A DNA stretch of 64,000 nt from assembly GCA_035574195.1 (NCBI GenBank), contig DATLZE010000066.1:19066-83065 (forward strand), in the 5' to 3' direction. The DNA is from Burkholderiales bacterium. Its GTDB lineage: Bacteria; Pseudomonadota; Gammaproteobacteria; Burkholderiales; SG8-41. The notes below the pieces were generated by a model. That model worked only from the letters and a program-made list of their open reading frames with translations, searched no databases and was not told where the DNA came from. Shown one piece after another: positions 23,433 to 33,505 of this stretch; the stretch's first letter is position 1, and the number at the start of each line of letters is the position of its first letter. The position numbers and the translations under genes are program-made.

Positions 23433-24800
23433 ATGTCGCTGATCGTCACCCTGGCCGCCTTCCTGGCCGCGCTCGGCTGCTTGATCGTGGTCCACGAATT
23501 CGGCCATTACCTCGCCGCACGCGCGTACGGCGTGAAAGTGCTGCGCTTCTCGGTCGGATTCGGCAGGCCGCTCGTGACCTGGCGCCTGGGCCGGGACGCC
23601 ACGGAGTGGGTGATCGCCGCTTTTCCGCTCGGCGGCTATGTCAAGATGCTGGACGAGCGCGAAGGCCGCGTCGCTCCCGAGGAGCTGGCACGCGCCTTCA
23701 ACCGCCAGTCAGTGTGGCGCCGGCTCGTGATCGTGGCGGCGGGGCCGGCCGCGAATTTCTTGCTGGCGATCGCGCTCTACTGGTTCCTGTTCGTCTACGG
23801 CATGCCGGGGATGAGGCCGGTGATCGGCGAGCCGCCCGGGGGCACGCCTGCGCGCCTGGCCGGTTTCACGGCCGGCGAAACGCTGGTGAAAATCGGCGAC
23901 GAGCCGGTCACGACCTGGCAGGACGCACGCTGGGTGCTGCTGCAGCGCGCGGTGCAGAAGGCTACGGTGACGATCGAGGTGCGCGGCGTGCGCGGAGAGC
24001 CCGCGTGGCGCAAGCTCGATCTCTCGGCGTTGGGCCCGGAGGAGCTCGACAGCGATTTTCTGCGCGCGCTGGGATTCGTCCGCTATCAGCCGCCGCTCAG
24101 GCCCGTAATCGGGGAAATCGTGAGCGGCGGGGCAGCCGAACGGGGCGGACTCAGGCCGGGCGACGAGATCGTCGCAATCAACAACCGGAGGACCGGAGCG
24201 TGGAGCGAGGTGGTCGAGATCGTGCGTGCAAGCCCTGGTGCCGCGCTCACCTTCGAGGTGCGGCGCGCCGGCTCGATCCTGCCGGCGTTCGTCGTGACGC
24301 CCGAGGCGGTGACCGAGGGCGGGCGCAGCGTCGGACGCATCGGCGCCGCGCCGCGAGTAGATCGCGCGGCGTTCGGCGAGCTGTTCGTAGAAGTGCGCTA
24401 TGGACCGCTCGAAGCCCTGTCGCGCGCGCTCGCCAGGACCTGGGACACCACGGTCTTCAGCCTGAAGATGCTCGCCAAGATGGTGGTGGGAGAGGTTTCG
24501 CTCAGGAATCTGTCGGGGCCGATTACGATCGCCGATTACGCAGGGCAGTCGGCGCAGAGCGGCACCGCCTCGTACTTGATGTTCCTCGCGCTGATCAGCA
24601 TCAGTCTCGGCGTGCTCAACCTGCTGCCCATTCCCTTATTGGATGGGGGGCATTTGATGTATTATATTCTCGAGATTCTCAAAGGCAGTCCGGTATCGGA
24701 CCGGGCCATCGAGATCGGGCAGCACGTCGGCATGGCGCTGCTATTTACGCTGATGGCCTTCGCCCTGTATAACGATATAACCCGCCTGATAAGCGGCTGA
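23433..24800 (+). CDS. rseP: Site-2 (RIP) zinc metalloprotease RseP
   Basis: 455 aa. HEFGHY zinc motif near the N-terminus, PDZ region, and C-terminal NLLPIPLLDGGH. Confidence 0.94.
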   Translation: MSLIVTLAAFLAALGCLIVVHEFGHYLAARAYGVKVLRFSVGFGRPLVTWRLGRDATEWVIAAFPLGGYVKMLDEREGRVAPEELARAFNRQSVWRRLVIVAAGPAANFLLAIALYWFLFVYGMPGMRPVIGEPPGGTPARLAGFTAGETLVKIGDEPVTTWQDARWVLLQRAVQKATVTIEVRGVRGEPAWRKLDLSALGPEELDSDFLRALGFVRYQPPLRPVIGEIVSGGAAERGGLRPGDEIVAINNRRTGAWSEVVEIVRASPGAALTFEVRRAGSILPAFVVTPEAVTEGGRSVGRIGAAPRVDRAAFGELFVEVRYGPLEALSRALARTWDTTVFSLKMLAKMVVGEVSLRNLSGPITIADYAGQSAQSGTASYLMFLALISISLGVLNLLPIPLLDGGHLMYYILEILKGSPVSDRAIEIGQHVGMALLFTLMAFALYNDITRLISG

Positions 24801-24804
24801 ATTC

Positions 24805-27072
24805 ATGCGTCGGATCCGTGCTGTCTTGCTCGTGCTCGCGCTCAACGCAGCCACGGCATCCGCCTTCGAGCCCTTCGTCATCCGAGACATCCGCGTCGAG
24901 GGCATCCAGCGCACCGAGGCGGGCACGGTCTTCGGCTATCTCCCGGTCAAGGTCGGCGACACCATGAACGAGGAGAAAGCCTCGCAGGCGATCCGCGCGC
25001 TCTACGCGACCGGCTTTTTCCGCGACGTGAGCCTCGAGCGCGAGGGCGACGTGCTGGTCGTGGTGGTGCAGGAGCGGCCCTCGATCGCGCTCGTGGATTT
25101 CACCGGCGTGCGCGAGTTCAACAAGGAACAGCTCACGGCCGGCATGCGCCAGATCGGGCTCGCGGAGGGCCGGATCTTCGATCGCGGCCTGCTCGAGCGC
25201 GCGGAGCAGGAGCTCAAGCGCCAGTATCTCGCGCGCGGATACTACGCCGTTTCCGTGAGCACCACCGTCACGCCCCTCGAGCGCAATCGCGTATCGATTA
25301 GCTTCAACGTCGAGGAGGGCGGCATCGCCAAGATCCGCCAGATCAGCATCATCGGCGCCAAGGCCTTCAGCGAGAAGGAGCTGCTCGGCCAGTTCGTGCT
25401 GCGCACCCCGGGGCTGATGACCTGGTTCAGCAAGCACGACCAGTACTCGCGCCAGAAGCTCGCGGCCGATCTCGAGTCCCTGCGCTCGTTCTATCTCGAC
25501 CGCGGCTATCTCGAATTCAGCATCGACTCGACGCAGGTCTCGATCACACCGGACAAGCGGGACATCTACATCACGGTGAGCATCACCGAGGGCCCCAGGT
25601 ACACCGTGACGGACATCAAGATCGCGGGCGAGAAGCTGGTGCCCGAGGAGGAGATCCGCAAGCTGATCCAGATCAAGCCTGGGGAGGTTTTCTCGCGCGC
25701 GCGGCTCACCGAGTCCACCAAGCTCATCACCGAGCGCCTCGGCAACGACGGATACGCGTTCGCCAACGTCAACGCCGTGCCCGAGCTCAACCGGGAGAAG
25801 CAGCAGGTGGCGTTCACCTTTTTCATCGACCCTGGCCGCCGCGTCTACGTGCGCCGGATCAACATCGCCGGCAACACGCGCACGCGCGACGAGGTGATCC
25901 GCCGCGAGCTGCGCCAGCTCGAAGGGGCGTGGTACTCGACGGAAAAGATCGCGCTTTCGCGCCAGCGCGTGGACCGGCTCGGCTACTTCACGGACGTCGG
26001 AGTCGAGACGCCGGCGGTGCCGGGCACGACCGACCAGGTGGACATGAACGTCACGGTGACCGAGAAGCCGACCGGGTTGCTGCTCTTCGGAGCCGGCTTC
26101 GGCAGCGGCGAGGGAGTGCTGCTGTCGGGATCGGTTTCGCAAAACAACATTTTCGGTTCCGGGCGGCACGTCTCGGCGCAGATCAACAGCAGCAAGATCA
26201 ACACCACCTATTCGCTTTCGTACACCAATCCTTACTACACGATTGACGGCGTGAGCCGCGGATTCGATGTGTATTACCGCGAGATCGATCCCTCGGACAA
26301 CGGCCTGGGACGCTACCAAACCAAGAGCGTGGGCGGGCAGTTGCGGCTCGGCGTCCCGATCACCGAGAACGACACCATCCAGTACGGCCTCGGCTACGAG
26401 GCGACCGATATCACGACGTTCACGGACAGCCCGCTGTTCTACAAGGACTACGTTGCCGTGTTCGGACCGAGCAATTCCAATCTGTTCGCCTCCGCGGGCT
26501 GGGCGCGCGACGAGCGCGACAGCCTGATCTACCCCACGCGCGGCACCTTCCAGAAGGCCGGAGCCGAGCTCGGCCTGCCGGCAGGCGATCTGAAGTACTA
26601 CAAGGTCTCCTACCAGTATCAGCGCTATTTTCCGCTGACGCGCAATCTCACCTTCATGGTGAACGGGGAGGCCGGCTATGGCGACGGCTACGGGGGCAGG
26701 CCGCTGCCTTTCTTCAAGAACTTCTTCGCGGGGGGGATCGGGTCGGTGCGCGGCTTCCGGTCTTATACTATCGGTCCCAAGGACAGCAACAACGACCCGC
26801 GGGGGGGCAGCCGCAAGCTCCTCGGCAACACCGAGCTGCTGTTCCCCTTCCCGGGGCTGGAGAACGACCGGTCGGTGAGGATGAGCGTGTTCGTGGACGC
26901 GGCGATCGTCGGGGACACTTACGGCACCGACGAGCTGAGATATTCGACGGGCATGGGCTTGTCCTGGGTCTCCCCGCTCGGGCCGCTCAAGCTCAGCGTG
27001 GCGAAGCCGCTGCGCGAGCGCCCGGGGGACAGGAAGCAGGTCTTCCAGTTCACGTTCGGGGGGGTATTTTGA
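24805..27072 (+). CDS. bamA: Outer membrane protein assembly factor BamA
   Basis: 755 aa. Signal peptide, POTRA repeats (IRDIRVEGIQRT...), and C-terminal beta-signal ...VFQFTFGGVF. Confidence 0.96.
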   Translation: MRRIRAVLLVLALNAATASAFEPFVIRDIRVEGIQRTEAGTVFGYLPVKVGDTMNEEKASQAIRALYATGFFRDVSLEREGDVLVVVVQERPSIALVDFTGVREFNKEQLTAGMRQIGLAEGRIFDRGLLERAEQELKRQYLARGYYAVSVSTTVTPLERNRVSISFNVEEGGIAKIRQISIIGAKAFSEKELLGQFVLRTPGLMTWFSKHDQYSRQKLAADLESLRSFYLDRGYLEFSIDSTQVSITPDKRDIYITVSITEGPRYTVTDIKIAGEKLVPEEEIRKLIQIKPGEVFSRARLTESTKLITERLGNDGYAFANVNAVPELNREKQQVAFTFFIDPGRRVYVRRINIAGNTRTRDEVIRRELRQLEGAWYSTEKIALSRQRVDRLGYFTDVGVETPAVPGTTDQVDMNVTVTEKPTGLLLFGAGFGSGEGVLLSGSVSQNNIFGSGRHVSAQINSSKINTTYSLSYTNPYYTIDGVSRGFDVYYREIDPSDNGLGRYQTKSVGGQLRLGVPITENDTIQYGLGYEATDITTFTDSPLFYKDYVAVFGPSNSNLFASAGWARDERDSLIYPTRGTFQKAGAELGLPAGDLKYYKVSYQYQRYFPLTRNLTFMVNGEAGYGDGYGGRPLPFFKNFFAGGIGSVRGFRSYTIGPKDSNNDPRGGSRKLLGNTELLFPFPGLENDRSVRMSVFVDAAIVGDTYGTDELRYSTGMGLSWVSPLGPLKLSVAKPLRERPGDRKQVFQFTFGGVF

Positions 27073-27122
27073 TCCGGCGCCGCTCGGCAGGAAAGCGGCG
27101 GGCGCCGCTGGAAGGAGATCAC

Positions 27123-27626
27123 GTGAGACGCATGCATTCGATCGTGGCGGCCCTGGCGCTGTGCCTGGCCGCGACTGCGGCGCAGGCCGCCGATTTCAAG
27201 ATCGGCTTCGTGGATGCCGAGCGCATCAACCGCGAGTCGGCACCGGCCGAGCGTGCCGCCCGGCAGCTGGAGAAGGAGTTCGGCCCGCGCCAGCAGGAAT
27301 TGCAGCGGCGCGAAGCCCAGATCAAGGCGCTGCAGTCCCAGCTCGAGAAGGAAGCGGTCACCATGAGCGAGAGCGAGCGCCGCGCCAAGGAGCAGGAACT
27401 CGCGCGCATGAGCATCGAGTTCCAGCGGCTGCAGCGGGAGTTCCGCGAGGACCTCAACATTCGCCGCAACCAGGAGATCTCGGCGCTGCTCGAGCGCGCC
27501 AATCGCGTGATCCGGCAGATCGCGGAAGCGGAGAAATTCGACTTGATCGTCCAGGACGCGGTCTACCGCAGCCCGCGTATCGACATCACCGACCGGGTGC
27601 TCAAGGCGCTCGCCGAAGGCAAGTAG
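27123..27626 (+). CDS. skp: Periplasmic chaperone Skp (OmpH family)
   Basis: GTG start 5 nt after AAGGAG. Signal peptide [21 protein letters not shown], then [11 protein letters not shown] and a coiled Glu/Gln/Arg-rich body. Alternative starts are 27069 and 27132. Confidence 0.85.
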   Translation: MRRMHSIVAALALCLAATAAQAADFKIGFVDAERINRESAPAERAARQLEKEFGPRQQELQRREAQIKALQSQLEKEAVTMSESERRAKEQELARMSIEFQRLQREFREDLNIRRNQEISALLERANRVIRQIAEAEKFDLIVQDAVYRSPRIDITDRVLKALAEGK

Positions 27627-27694
27627 TCCGCGGTCTGCGCCGCGGCGGCACGACCGCACTCCGGCGGCGCGGGATGGGTGGCGATCGTGCGCTC

Positions 27695-28747
27695 ATGACA
27701 GGCAGCGAGAACAGAACCTACAGCCTGCGCGAGATCGTCGAACGCTTCGGCGGCGAGATCGCCGGCGATCCGCGGGTGCAGGTGCGCCGCGTCGCCACTC
27801 TCGAGAACGCCACCCCCGACGCCATCACCTTTCTGGCGAACGAGCGCTATCTTCCGCAGCTCGGAAGCACGCGCGCGGGCGCGGTGATCGTGGGCGAGGC
27901 TGCGCGGGAGGCGACCGCGCTGCCGCGAATCGTGTGCGCCAATCCGTACGCCTATTTCGCGCGCGTCTCGGCGCTGTTCAACCCGCCCCGCGCGGTACGG
28001 CCAGGCGTGCACCCGAGCGCCGTCGTGGCCGCGACGGCATCGGTCGCAAGGGACGTGGAAATCGGCCCCTGCGCCGTGATCGGCGAGCGCGCCGTGATCG
28101 GAGCCGGCTGCGTGATCGGAGCCGGCTGCTCGATCGGGGAAGGGGTTGCGATCGGCTCCGATACCCGGCTCCACGCGAACGTCACGATCTACGACGGCTG
28201 CGTGATCGGCAGCCGCGTGATCCTGCATTCCGGGGTGGTGATCGGTGCCGACGGTTTCGGGTTCGCGATGGACGGCGAGCGCTGGCTCAAGGTGCCGCAG
28301 GCGGGGCGCGTAGTGATCGGCGACGACGTCGAGATCGGCGCCAACACGACCGTGGACCGCGGTGCGCTCGACGACACCGTGATCGAGGATGGGGTCAAGC
28401 TCGACAACCTGATTCAGATCGCGCACAACGTGCGCGTCGGGGCGCATACGGTGATCGCGGCATGCGCCGGAATCGCAGGCAGCGCCCGTATCGGGCGCTA
28501 TTGCAGGATCGGAGGCGCCTCCTGCATCGTGGGCCACGTCACCATCGCCGACCGGGTGGAAATTTCGCCGCTGACGCTGGTCATGAAACCCATCGAACGG
28601 CCCGGACTGTATACCGGCATCTACGCCGCGGAGCCGCACCAGTCCTGGCGCAGGAACGCTGCGCAGCTGCGCCACCTCGCGGAGTTGGTGGAGCGAATCC
28701 GCGAGCTGGAAAGGAAGCTCACCCAGCCGAAAAGGAGCAAGCCTTGA
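27695..28747 (+). CDS. lpxD: UDP-3-O-(3-hydroxyacyl)glucosamine N-acyltransferase
   Basis: 350 aa. The N-terminal LpxD domain ([16 protein letters not shown]...ITFLANERY) is followed by hexapeptide repeats. Confidence 0.95.
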   Translation: MTGSENRTYSLREIVERFGGEIAGDPRVQVRRVATLENATPDAITFLANERYLPQLGSTRAGAVIVGEAAREATALPRIVCANPYAYFARVSALFNPPRAVRPGVHPSAVVAATASVARDVEIGPCAVIGERAVIGAGCVIGAGCSIGEGVAIGSDTRLHANVTIYDGCVIGSRVILHSGVVIGADGFGFAMDGERWLKVPQAGRVVIGDDVEIGANTTVDRGALDDTVIEDGVKLDNLIQIAHNVRVGAHTVIAACAGIAGSARIGRYCRIGGASCIVGHVTIADRVEISPLTLVMKPIERPGLYTGIYAAEPHQSWRRNAAQLRHLAELVERIRELERKLTQPKRSKP

Positions 28748-28752
28748 GCAGC

Positions 28753-29211
28753 ATGGACATCCACGAGGTCCTCGAGTACCTGCCCCACCGCTATCCCTTC
28801 CTGCTGATCGACCGCGTGCTCGCGTGCGAGCCGGGCAAGAGCATCCAGGCGGTCAAGAACGTGACCATCAACGAGCCGTTTTTCGGCGGTCATTTTCCCC
28901 ACCATCCGGTGATGCCCGGGGTGCTCATCCTCGAGGCGCTCGCCCAGGCCGCCGCGATCCTGTCGTTTCGCACCGGCAACCACAAGGCCGACCGCAACTC
29001 GGTCTACTACTTCGTCGGCATAGACCATGCGCGGTTCAAGCGACCGGTCCGGCCGGGCGACGTGTTGGCGCTGGATGTCACGCTCAAGCGCCACGCGCGC
29101 GGCATGTGGATCTTCGACGCCGTCGCCAGGGTGGACGGGGCGGTGGTCACCGAGGCCGAGCTGATGTGCACCATCCGTACCCGCGGCGAGGCCAGGGACG
29201 GCTCCTCGTGA
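28753..29211 (+). CDS. fabZ: 3-hydroxyacyl-ACP dehydratase FabZ
   Basis: [22 protein letters not shown]...[26 protein letters not shown]. An alternative TTG start is at 28744. Confidence 0.95.
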   Translation: MDIHEVLEYLPHRYPFLLIDRVLACEPGKSIQAVKNVTINEPFFGGHFPHHPVMPGVLILEALAQAAAILSFRTGNHKADRNSVYYFVGIDHARFKRPVRPGDVLALDVTLKRHARGMWIFDAVARVDGAVVTEAELMCTIRTRGEARDGSS

Positions 29212-29246
29212 GCGGCGCGGCCGATGGCGCGCGGCGGATGGCTGGG

Positions 29247-30017
29247 ATGATCCACCCCACCGCCATCGTTCACCCCGGGGCGAAGCTCGCCCCCGACATC
29301 GAGATCGGGCCCTATGCCGTAATCGGGCCTCACGTCGAGATCGGCCCGGGGTGCCGGATCGGCCCGCACGCCGTGATCACCGGACACACTCGCATCGGCG
29401 CGAACAACCGCATCTACCAGTTCGTCTCGCTCGGGGAAGCGCCGCAGGACAAGAAGTACGGAGGCGAGCCGACGCGGCTCGAGATCGGGAACAACAACAC
29501 GATCCGCGAATTCTGCACTTTCAACTGCGGCACGGTACAGGACGCGGGTGTCACGCGGCTGGGTGACGATAACTGGATCATGGCCTACGTCCACCTTGCC
29601 CACGACTGCCAGATCGGCAGCCACACCGTGTTCGCCAATAATGCCCAGCTCGCAGGGCACGTTCAGGTAGGCGATTACGCGATCCTCGGAGGATTCACCG
29701 TGGTGCACCAGCACTGCCGCATCGGGGCGCACAGCATCACCGGGCTCGGCACGATCGTGCTGCAGGACGTGCCGCCGTACGTCACCGCCTCGGGCAACTC
29801 CGCCCGTCCCTACGGCATCAACGTCGAGGGCCTGAAGCGGCGCGGATTCGCCCCGGACACGATCACGCGGCTCAAGCGCGCCTACCGCACGCTCTACAAG
29901 GCCGGGCTCACTCTCGAGCAGGCGCGCCGAGAGCTCGCGCAGCAGGCGAAGGACTGCCCGGAAATCCAAGTGCTCGTGGATTTCCTGGCGCACTCCACTC
30001 GCAGCATCATCCGCTAG
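29247..30017 (+). CDS. lpxA: Acyl-ACP--UDP-N-acetylglucosamine O-acyltransferase
   Basis: 256 aa. [33 protein letters not shown] hexapeptide helix and LpxA C-terminal helical domain. Confidence 0.95.
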   Translation: MIHPTAIVHPGAKLAPDIEIGPYAVIGPHVEIGPGCRIGPHAVITGHTRIGANNRIYQFVSLGEAPQDKKYGGEPTRLEIGNNNTIREFCTFNCGTVQDAGVTRLGDDNWIMAYVHLAHDCQIGSHTVFANNAQLAGHVQVGDYAILGGFTVVHQHCRIGAHSITGLGTIVLQDVPPYVTASGNSARPYGINVEGLKRRGFAPDTITRLKRAYRTLYKAGLTLEQARRELAQQAKDCPEIQVLVDFLAHSTRSIIR

Positions 30018-30128
30018 GAATCCGTCCAGCGCTCCGGACAGATTCCCGACATGAACCCGGATCGAGTCCCAGGCCGTCGGTGCTGCGGCAACCAGGCTCG
30101 GCGGCCCGTGGATTCGCACTGACCGTCC

Positions 30129-31289
30129 ATGGAACCGAATGCGGCAGGCTCGCCCTTGATCGGCGTGGTCGCGGGCGAGGCCTCTGGCGATCTTCTCGGC
30201 AGCTATCTGGTGCAGGCGCTGCGAGCACGCCTGCCACACGCGCGCTTCGTCGGTATCGGGGGGCCGCGCATGCAGTCCGCGGGCGTGGAGTCGTTCTATC
30301 CGATGGAGAAGCTCGCGGTGCGCGGCTACGTGGAAGTGGCGCGCCACTACCTCGAGATCGTCGCGATCCGGAGGCGGCTGGCGGCTCGCCTGATCGAGGA
30401 GCGCCCGGCGCTGTTCGTGGGCGTGGACGCGCCGGATTTCAACCTCGCCCTCGAGGAGCGGCTGCGCTCGGCCGGCATACCGACGGCGCATTTCGTGGCC
30501 CCGGCGATCTGGGCCTGGCGCAGGGAGCGCCTGGGACAGATCCGCCGCGCGGTATCGCGCATGCTGGTGGTGTTCCCATTCGAGCGCGCGCTCTTCGAGC
30601 AGGCGGGCGTGCCGGTCGCCTACGTGGGGCACCCGCTCGCAGAGGCGCTCGCCCGGCTGCCTGCTCGCGACGCGGTGCGCGAGCAGCTGCGCCTGCCGGT
30701 GTCGGCCCGCGTCATCGCGCTTCTGCCGGGCAGCCGGACGAGCGAGATCGCTCAGCTGGCCGGCCTCTTCCTCGATGCGGCCGCGAGAATCGCGGCGGGC
30801 GTCGGGGGGGCGCATTTTCTGGTGCCGCTCGCGAGCCGCGAGACGCGCGAGCTATTCGAATCCGTGCTCTACCGCCGCGCAGAAGACGGGCTCAACGTGA
30901 CAGTGCTCTTCGGGCACGCCCACGAAGCCATGGCTGCGGCCGACGTGGTGCTGGCAGCTTCCGGCACAGCTACGCTGGAAGCCGCCCTGATCGGGCGGCC
31001 GGTGGTGATCGCCTACCGCATGCCGTACTTGTCCTGGTGGCTCACGCGGCTGCGCCGCTACCAGCCTTACATCGGACTGCCCAACATCCTGGCCGGGGAG
31101 TTCATCGTTCCGGAATTCGTGCAGGAAGAGGCCACCGCGGAGAACCTCTCGCAGGCGGTGACCAACCTCCTGTTCGACGGAACGGTCCGCGCGCGGCTCG
31201 AGCGCCGCTTCGCCGCGATCGCGCGCGAGCTCAGGCAGGACAGCGCCGAGCGCATCGCCGCAGCGCTCCTGCCCTTGATCGAGCCCTGA
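30129..31289 (+). CDS. lpxB: Lipid-A-disaccharide synthase
   Basis: 386 aa. [15 protein letters not shown]-terminal motif; lies in the lpx operon context. Confidence 0.94.
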   Translation: MEPNAAGSPLIGVVAGEASGDLLGSYLVQALRARLPHARFVGIGGPRMQSAGVESFYPMEKLAVRGYVEVARHYLEIVAIRRRLAARLIEERPALFVGVDAPDFNLALEERLRSAGIPTAHFVAPAIWAWRRERLGQIRRAVSRMLVVFPFERALFEQAGVPVAYVGHPLAEALARLPARDAVREQLRLPVSARVIALLPGSRTSEIAQLAGLFLDAAARIAAGVGGAHFLVPLASRETRELFESVLYRRAEDGLNVTVLFGHAHEAMAAADVVLAASGTATLEAALIGRPVVIAYRMPYLSWWLTRLRRYQPYIGLPNILAGEFIVPEFVQEEATAENLSQAVTNLLFDGTVRARLERRFAAIARELRQDSAERIAAALLPLIEP

Positions 31290-31296
31290 GCTGCGC

Positions 31297-31884
31297 ATGG
31301 GTGCAATCCTGGTATGCGGCGTGGACGAAGCGGGGCGCGGGCCACTCGCCGGGCCGGTCACCGCCGCCGCCGTGATTCTCGAGCGGTCGCGACCGATCGC
31401 GGGGATCGCCGACTCCAAGACGCTCGCGCCCGCGAGGCGCGAGGCGCTGGCGCGGGAAATTCGCGCCCGGGCGCTCGCCTGCTCGGTGGCGAGCGCGAGC
31501 GTGGAGGAGATCGACTCGCTCAACATCCTGCAGGCGACTCTGCTCGCCATGCGCCGCGCCGTGGAGGGGCTGGGTATCAGGCCAGAGGAAGTGCTGGTGG
31601 ACGGAACGCATCTGCCCCGGCTCGACGTGCCCGCGCGCGCGGTCCCGCGCGGGGACGCCACGGTCTCCGCGATCGCAGCCGCCTCCATTCTGGCCAAGGT
31701 CGCGCGCGACGCCATGATGCTGGAGCTGCATCGGGTGCATCCCGAGTACGGCTTCGACCGGCACAAGGGCTATCCTACCGCGGAGCACCTCGCGGCACTG
31801 AAGAGATACGGGGTCTCGGCCGCGCACCGGCGCAGCTTCGCGCCGGTGCGCGCGCTGCTCGAGATTCGCTCTCGCGAGCCCTGA
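31297..31884 (+). CDS. rnhB: Ribonuclease HII
   Basis: 195 aa. [15 protein letters not shown] catalytic motif. Confidence 0.95.
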   Translation: MGAILVCGVDEAGRGPLAGPVTAAAVILERSRPIAGIADSKTLAPARREALAREIRARALACSVASASVEEIDSLNILQATLLAMRRAVEGLGIRPEEVLVDGTHLPRLDVPARAVPRGDATVSAIAAASILAKVARDAMMLELHRVHPEYGFDRHKGYPTAEHLAALKRYGVSAAHRRSFAPVRALLEIRSREP

Positions 31885-31986
31885 ATTGGGGACCGAGAAT
31901 CGAGAAAAACATGCTGCCCGCGCACCGCTCGCTGTCTCTTGCGCGATATGCAATTCGCTGAAAATGCGCGGAGCACCTTGGCGGCA

Positions 31987-32020
31987 GACCGCCGTTTACT
32001 GTTTGCCGACCACCGTTTAC
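31987..32020 (+). repeat. Two 13-nt direct repeats GACCnCCGTTTAC phased 21 bp apart, abutting the start codon of the next gene
   Basis: Copy 1 is at 31987-31999 (gaccgccgtttac) and copy 2 at 32008-32020 (gaccaccgtttac). Confidence 0.6.
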
Positions 32021-32021
32021 C

Positions 32022-32477
32022 ATGCGGGTCATGAAAATCGCTTTGATGTTCCATCTGCTCGGTGCAGTGGTCTGGATCGGGGGCATGTTTTTCGCTTATC
32101 TCGTGTTGCGGCCGGCGGCCTCCCGCTTCGAGCCTGCCCACAGGCTTGCGCTGTGGGCCGCGGTCCTGGAGCGCTTTTTCCGCTGGGTGTGGGCGGCAGT
32201 GGCGTCGATCCTCGCGAGCGGGTTCTACATGTTAGCGGCGATCGCCGATGCGGGCCGGGTTCCGCTCTATGTCCATCTGATGCTCTATGCCGGAGTGCTG
32301 ATGATGCTGATCTTCGCCTACGCGTTTTTCTCGCCGTATCCGGCACTGCGGCGCGCCGTGGCCGCGCAGGACTGGACGGCGGCGGCAGCAGCGCTCGACC
32401 AGATCCGCCTCGCCGTCGCCGTGAACCTCGCGCTCGGGCTGATCAATCTCGTCATCGCGACCGCGGGCGCCATATAG
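32022..32477 (+). CDS. Small integral membrane protein, CopD-like (4 predicted TM helices)
   Basis: 151 aa. MKIALMFHLLGAVVWIGGMFFAYLVLRP... resembles short CopD-family proteins; the family assignment is from memory only. The start may instead be 32031. Confidence 0.55.
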   Translation: MRVMKIALMFHLLGAVVWIGGMFFAYLVLRPAASRFEPAHRLALWAAVLERFFRWVWAAVASILASGFYMLAAIADAGRVPLYVHLMLYAGVLMMLIFAYAFFSPYPALRRAVAAQDWTAAAAALDQIRLAVAVNLALGLINLVIATAGAI

Positions 32478-32513
32478 CCTCGGTCTCCAAGGCAGGAGGC
32501 GGTCCCGCGGCCG

Positions 32514-33458
32514 TCAACGCAGCTCGGCGAGGAGCCGCCCCAGGCTCTCGCGCTCGCGCCGGACGGTCACCAGCCGTCTGCGCTCCCGGCACTGCTGCCG
32601 CAGCAGCCAGTGGAAGCGGGGATCGCTCTCCACACGCCACATCAGGCGTGCGAGCGCGCGCGCGTCCTCCAGGGGAAAATAGCCGCGGTAGCGGGCGCCG
32701 AGCATGCCGACGTTGCCCGGAATGCGCGAGGCGAGCACCGGAGTTCCGGCTGCGAGCGCCTCGGACACGACGTTGGCGCCGCCTTCCATGCGCGAACTGA
32801 TCACCATCGCGCGGGCGCGAGCGAGCAGCCGCAGCGCCTTTCCGTGTGCAACCTCTCCCAGCCAGCGGTAGCGCGGCTCGCGCTCGCTCCAGGCACGCGC
32901 GGCCTGGGCCATTTCCGGGCTCATTGCCGCGCCGATGTGCGTGATGCGGATGCGGCTTTCTGCAGGCAGGTGGGCGAGCGCCTGCGCGGCACGGAAAGGA
33001 TCCTTTTCCTCGCGCAGGTGCCCGCTCACCACGATCTCGAAGCAGCGCTTGAGCGGAGGGCAGGCGGCGGCGCGCGCCGACTGGTAGATCACGCGCGTCT
33101 TGCGGCGCAGATCGGGGGCGAGCTCGTCGAGCCCGCGCTCCTGCAACACCACCATGCGGGTGGCGAGCCGCATGGATTCGCGGGCGTTCGCGTCGAACCG
33201 GATGTCGCGGTAGAGATCGGTGCCGGTCAGCGCCAGCACGATCGGGCGCTCTGGCCAGGTCTCGGCGAAGCGCCGGATGGAGTCATGGCTGCGGCGCGCG
33301 TGCAACGCGATCAGGACGTCCGCCGCGGCGCCATCCCATTCGACTTGCACGCGCACCCGGTGGCCCATCGCGCGCAGCAGCGCCGCCCAACGGTCCGCGG
33401 TGGTGCGGTTGCCGTGGCGCGTGCCGGCCGCGGCGGGTGTGGCGATCGCGATTTTCAC
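32514..33458 (-). CDS. senB: SenB-like glycosyltransferase (selenosugar synthase family, TIGR04348-type)
   Basis: 314 aa, GTG start. N-terminus MKIAIATPAAAGTRHGNRTTADRWAALLRAMGHRV, and C-terminal GT-B half ...ISSRMEGGANVVSEALAAGTPVLASRIPGNVGML. It is divergently paired with an EgtB-like gene. The family call is from remembered sequence features and was not searched. Confidence 0.65.
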   Translation of the reverse strand: MKIAIATPAAAGTRHGNRTTADRWAALLRAMGHRVRVQVEWDGAAADVLIALHARRSHDSIRRFAETWPERPIVLALTGTDLYRDIRFDANARESMRLATRMVVLQERGLDELAPDLRRKTRVIYQSARAAACPPLKRCFEIVVSGHLREEKDPFRAAQALAHLPAESRIRITHIGAAMSPEMAQAARAWSEREPRYRWLGEVAHGKALRLLARARAMVISSRMEGGANVVSEALAAGTPVLASRIPGNVGMLGARYRGYFPLEDARALARLMWRVESDPRFHWLLRQQCRERRRLVTVRRERESLGRLLAELR

Positions 33459-33505
33459 CGGAGCGCGTTGCCGCTACACTTTGGCTCATTTTCACACAGC
33501 CGGCC

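Noticed and set aside
28094-28129. Perfect 18-nt tandem repeat gtgatcggagccggctgc x2
   Set aside because: It lies inside lpxD and encodes consecutive hexapeptide turns ([12 protein letters not shown]) of the left-handed beta-helix. It is a protein repeat, not a DNA element.
30018-30128. 111-bp gap between lpxA and lpxB with a 10-bp (one mismatch) hairpin at 30018-30045
   Set aside because: It could be an intra-operon attenuator, but there is no U-tract, no ORF and no other signal, so there is too little evidence to raise as a finding.
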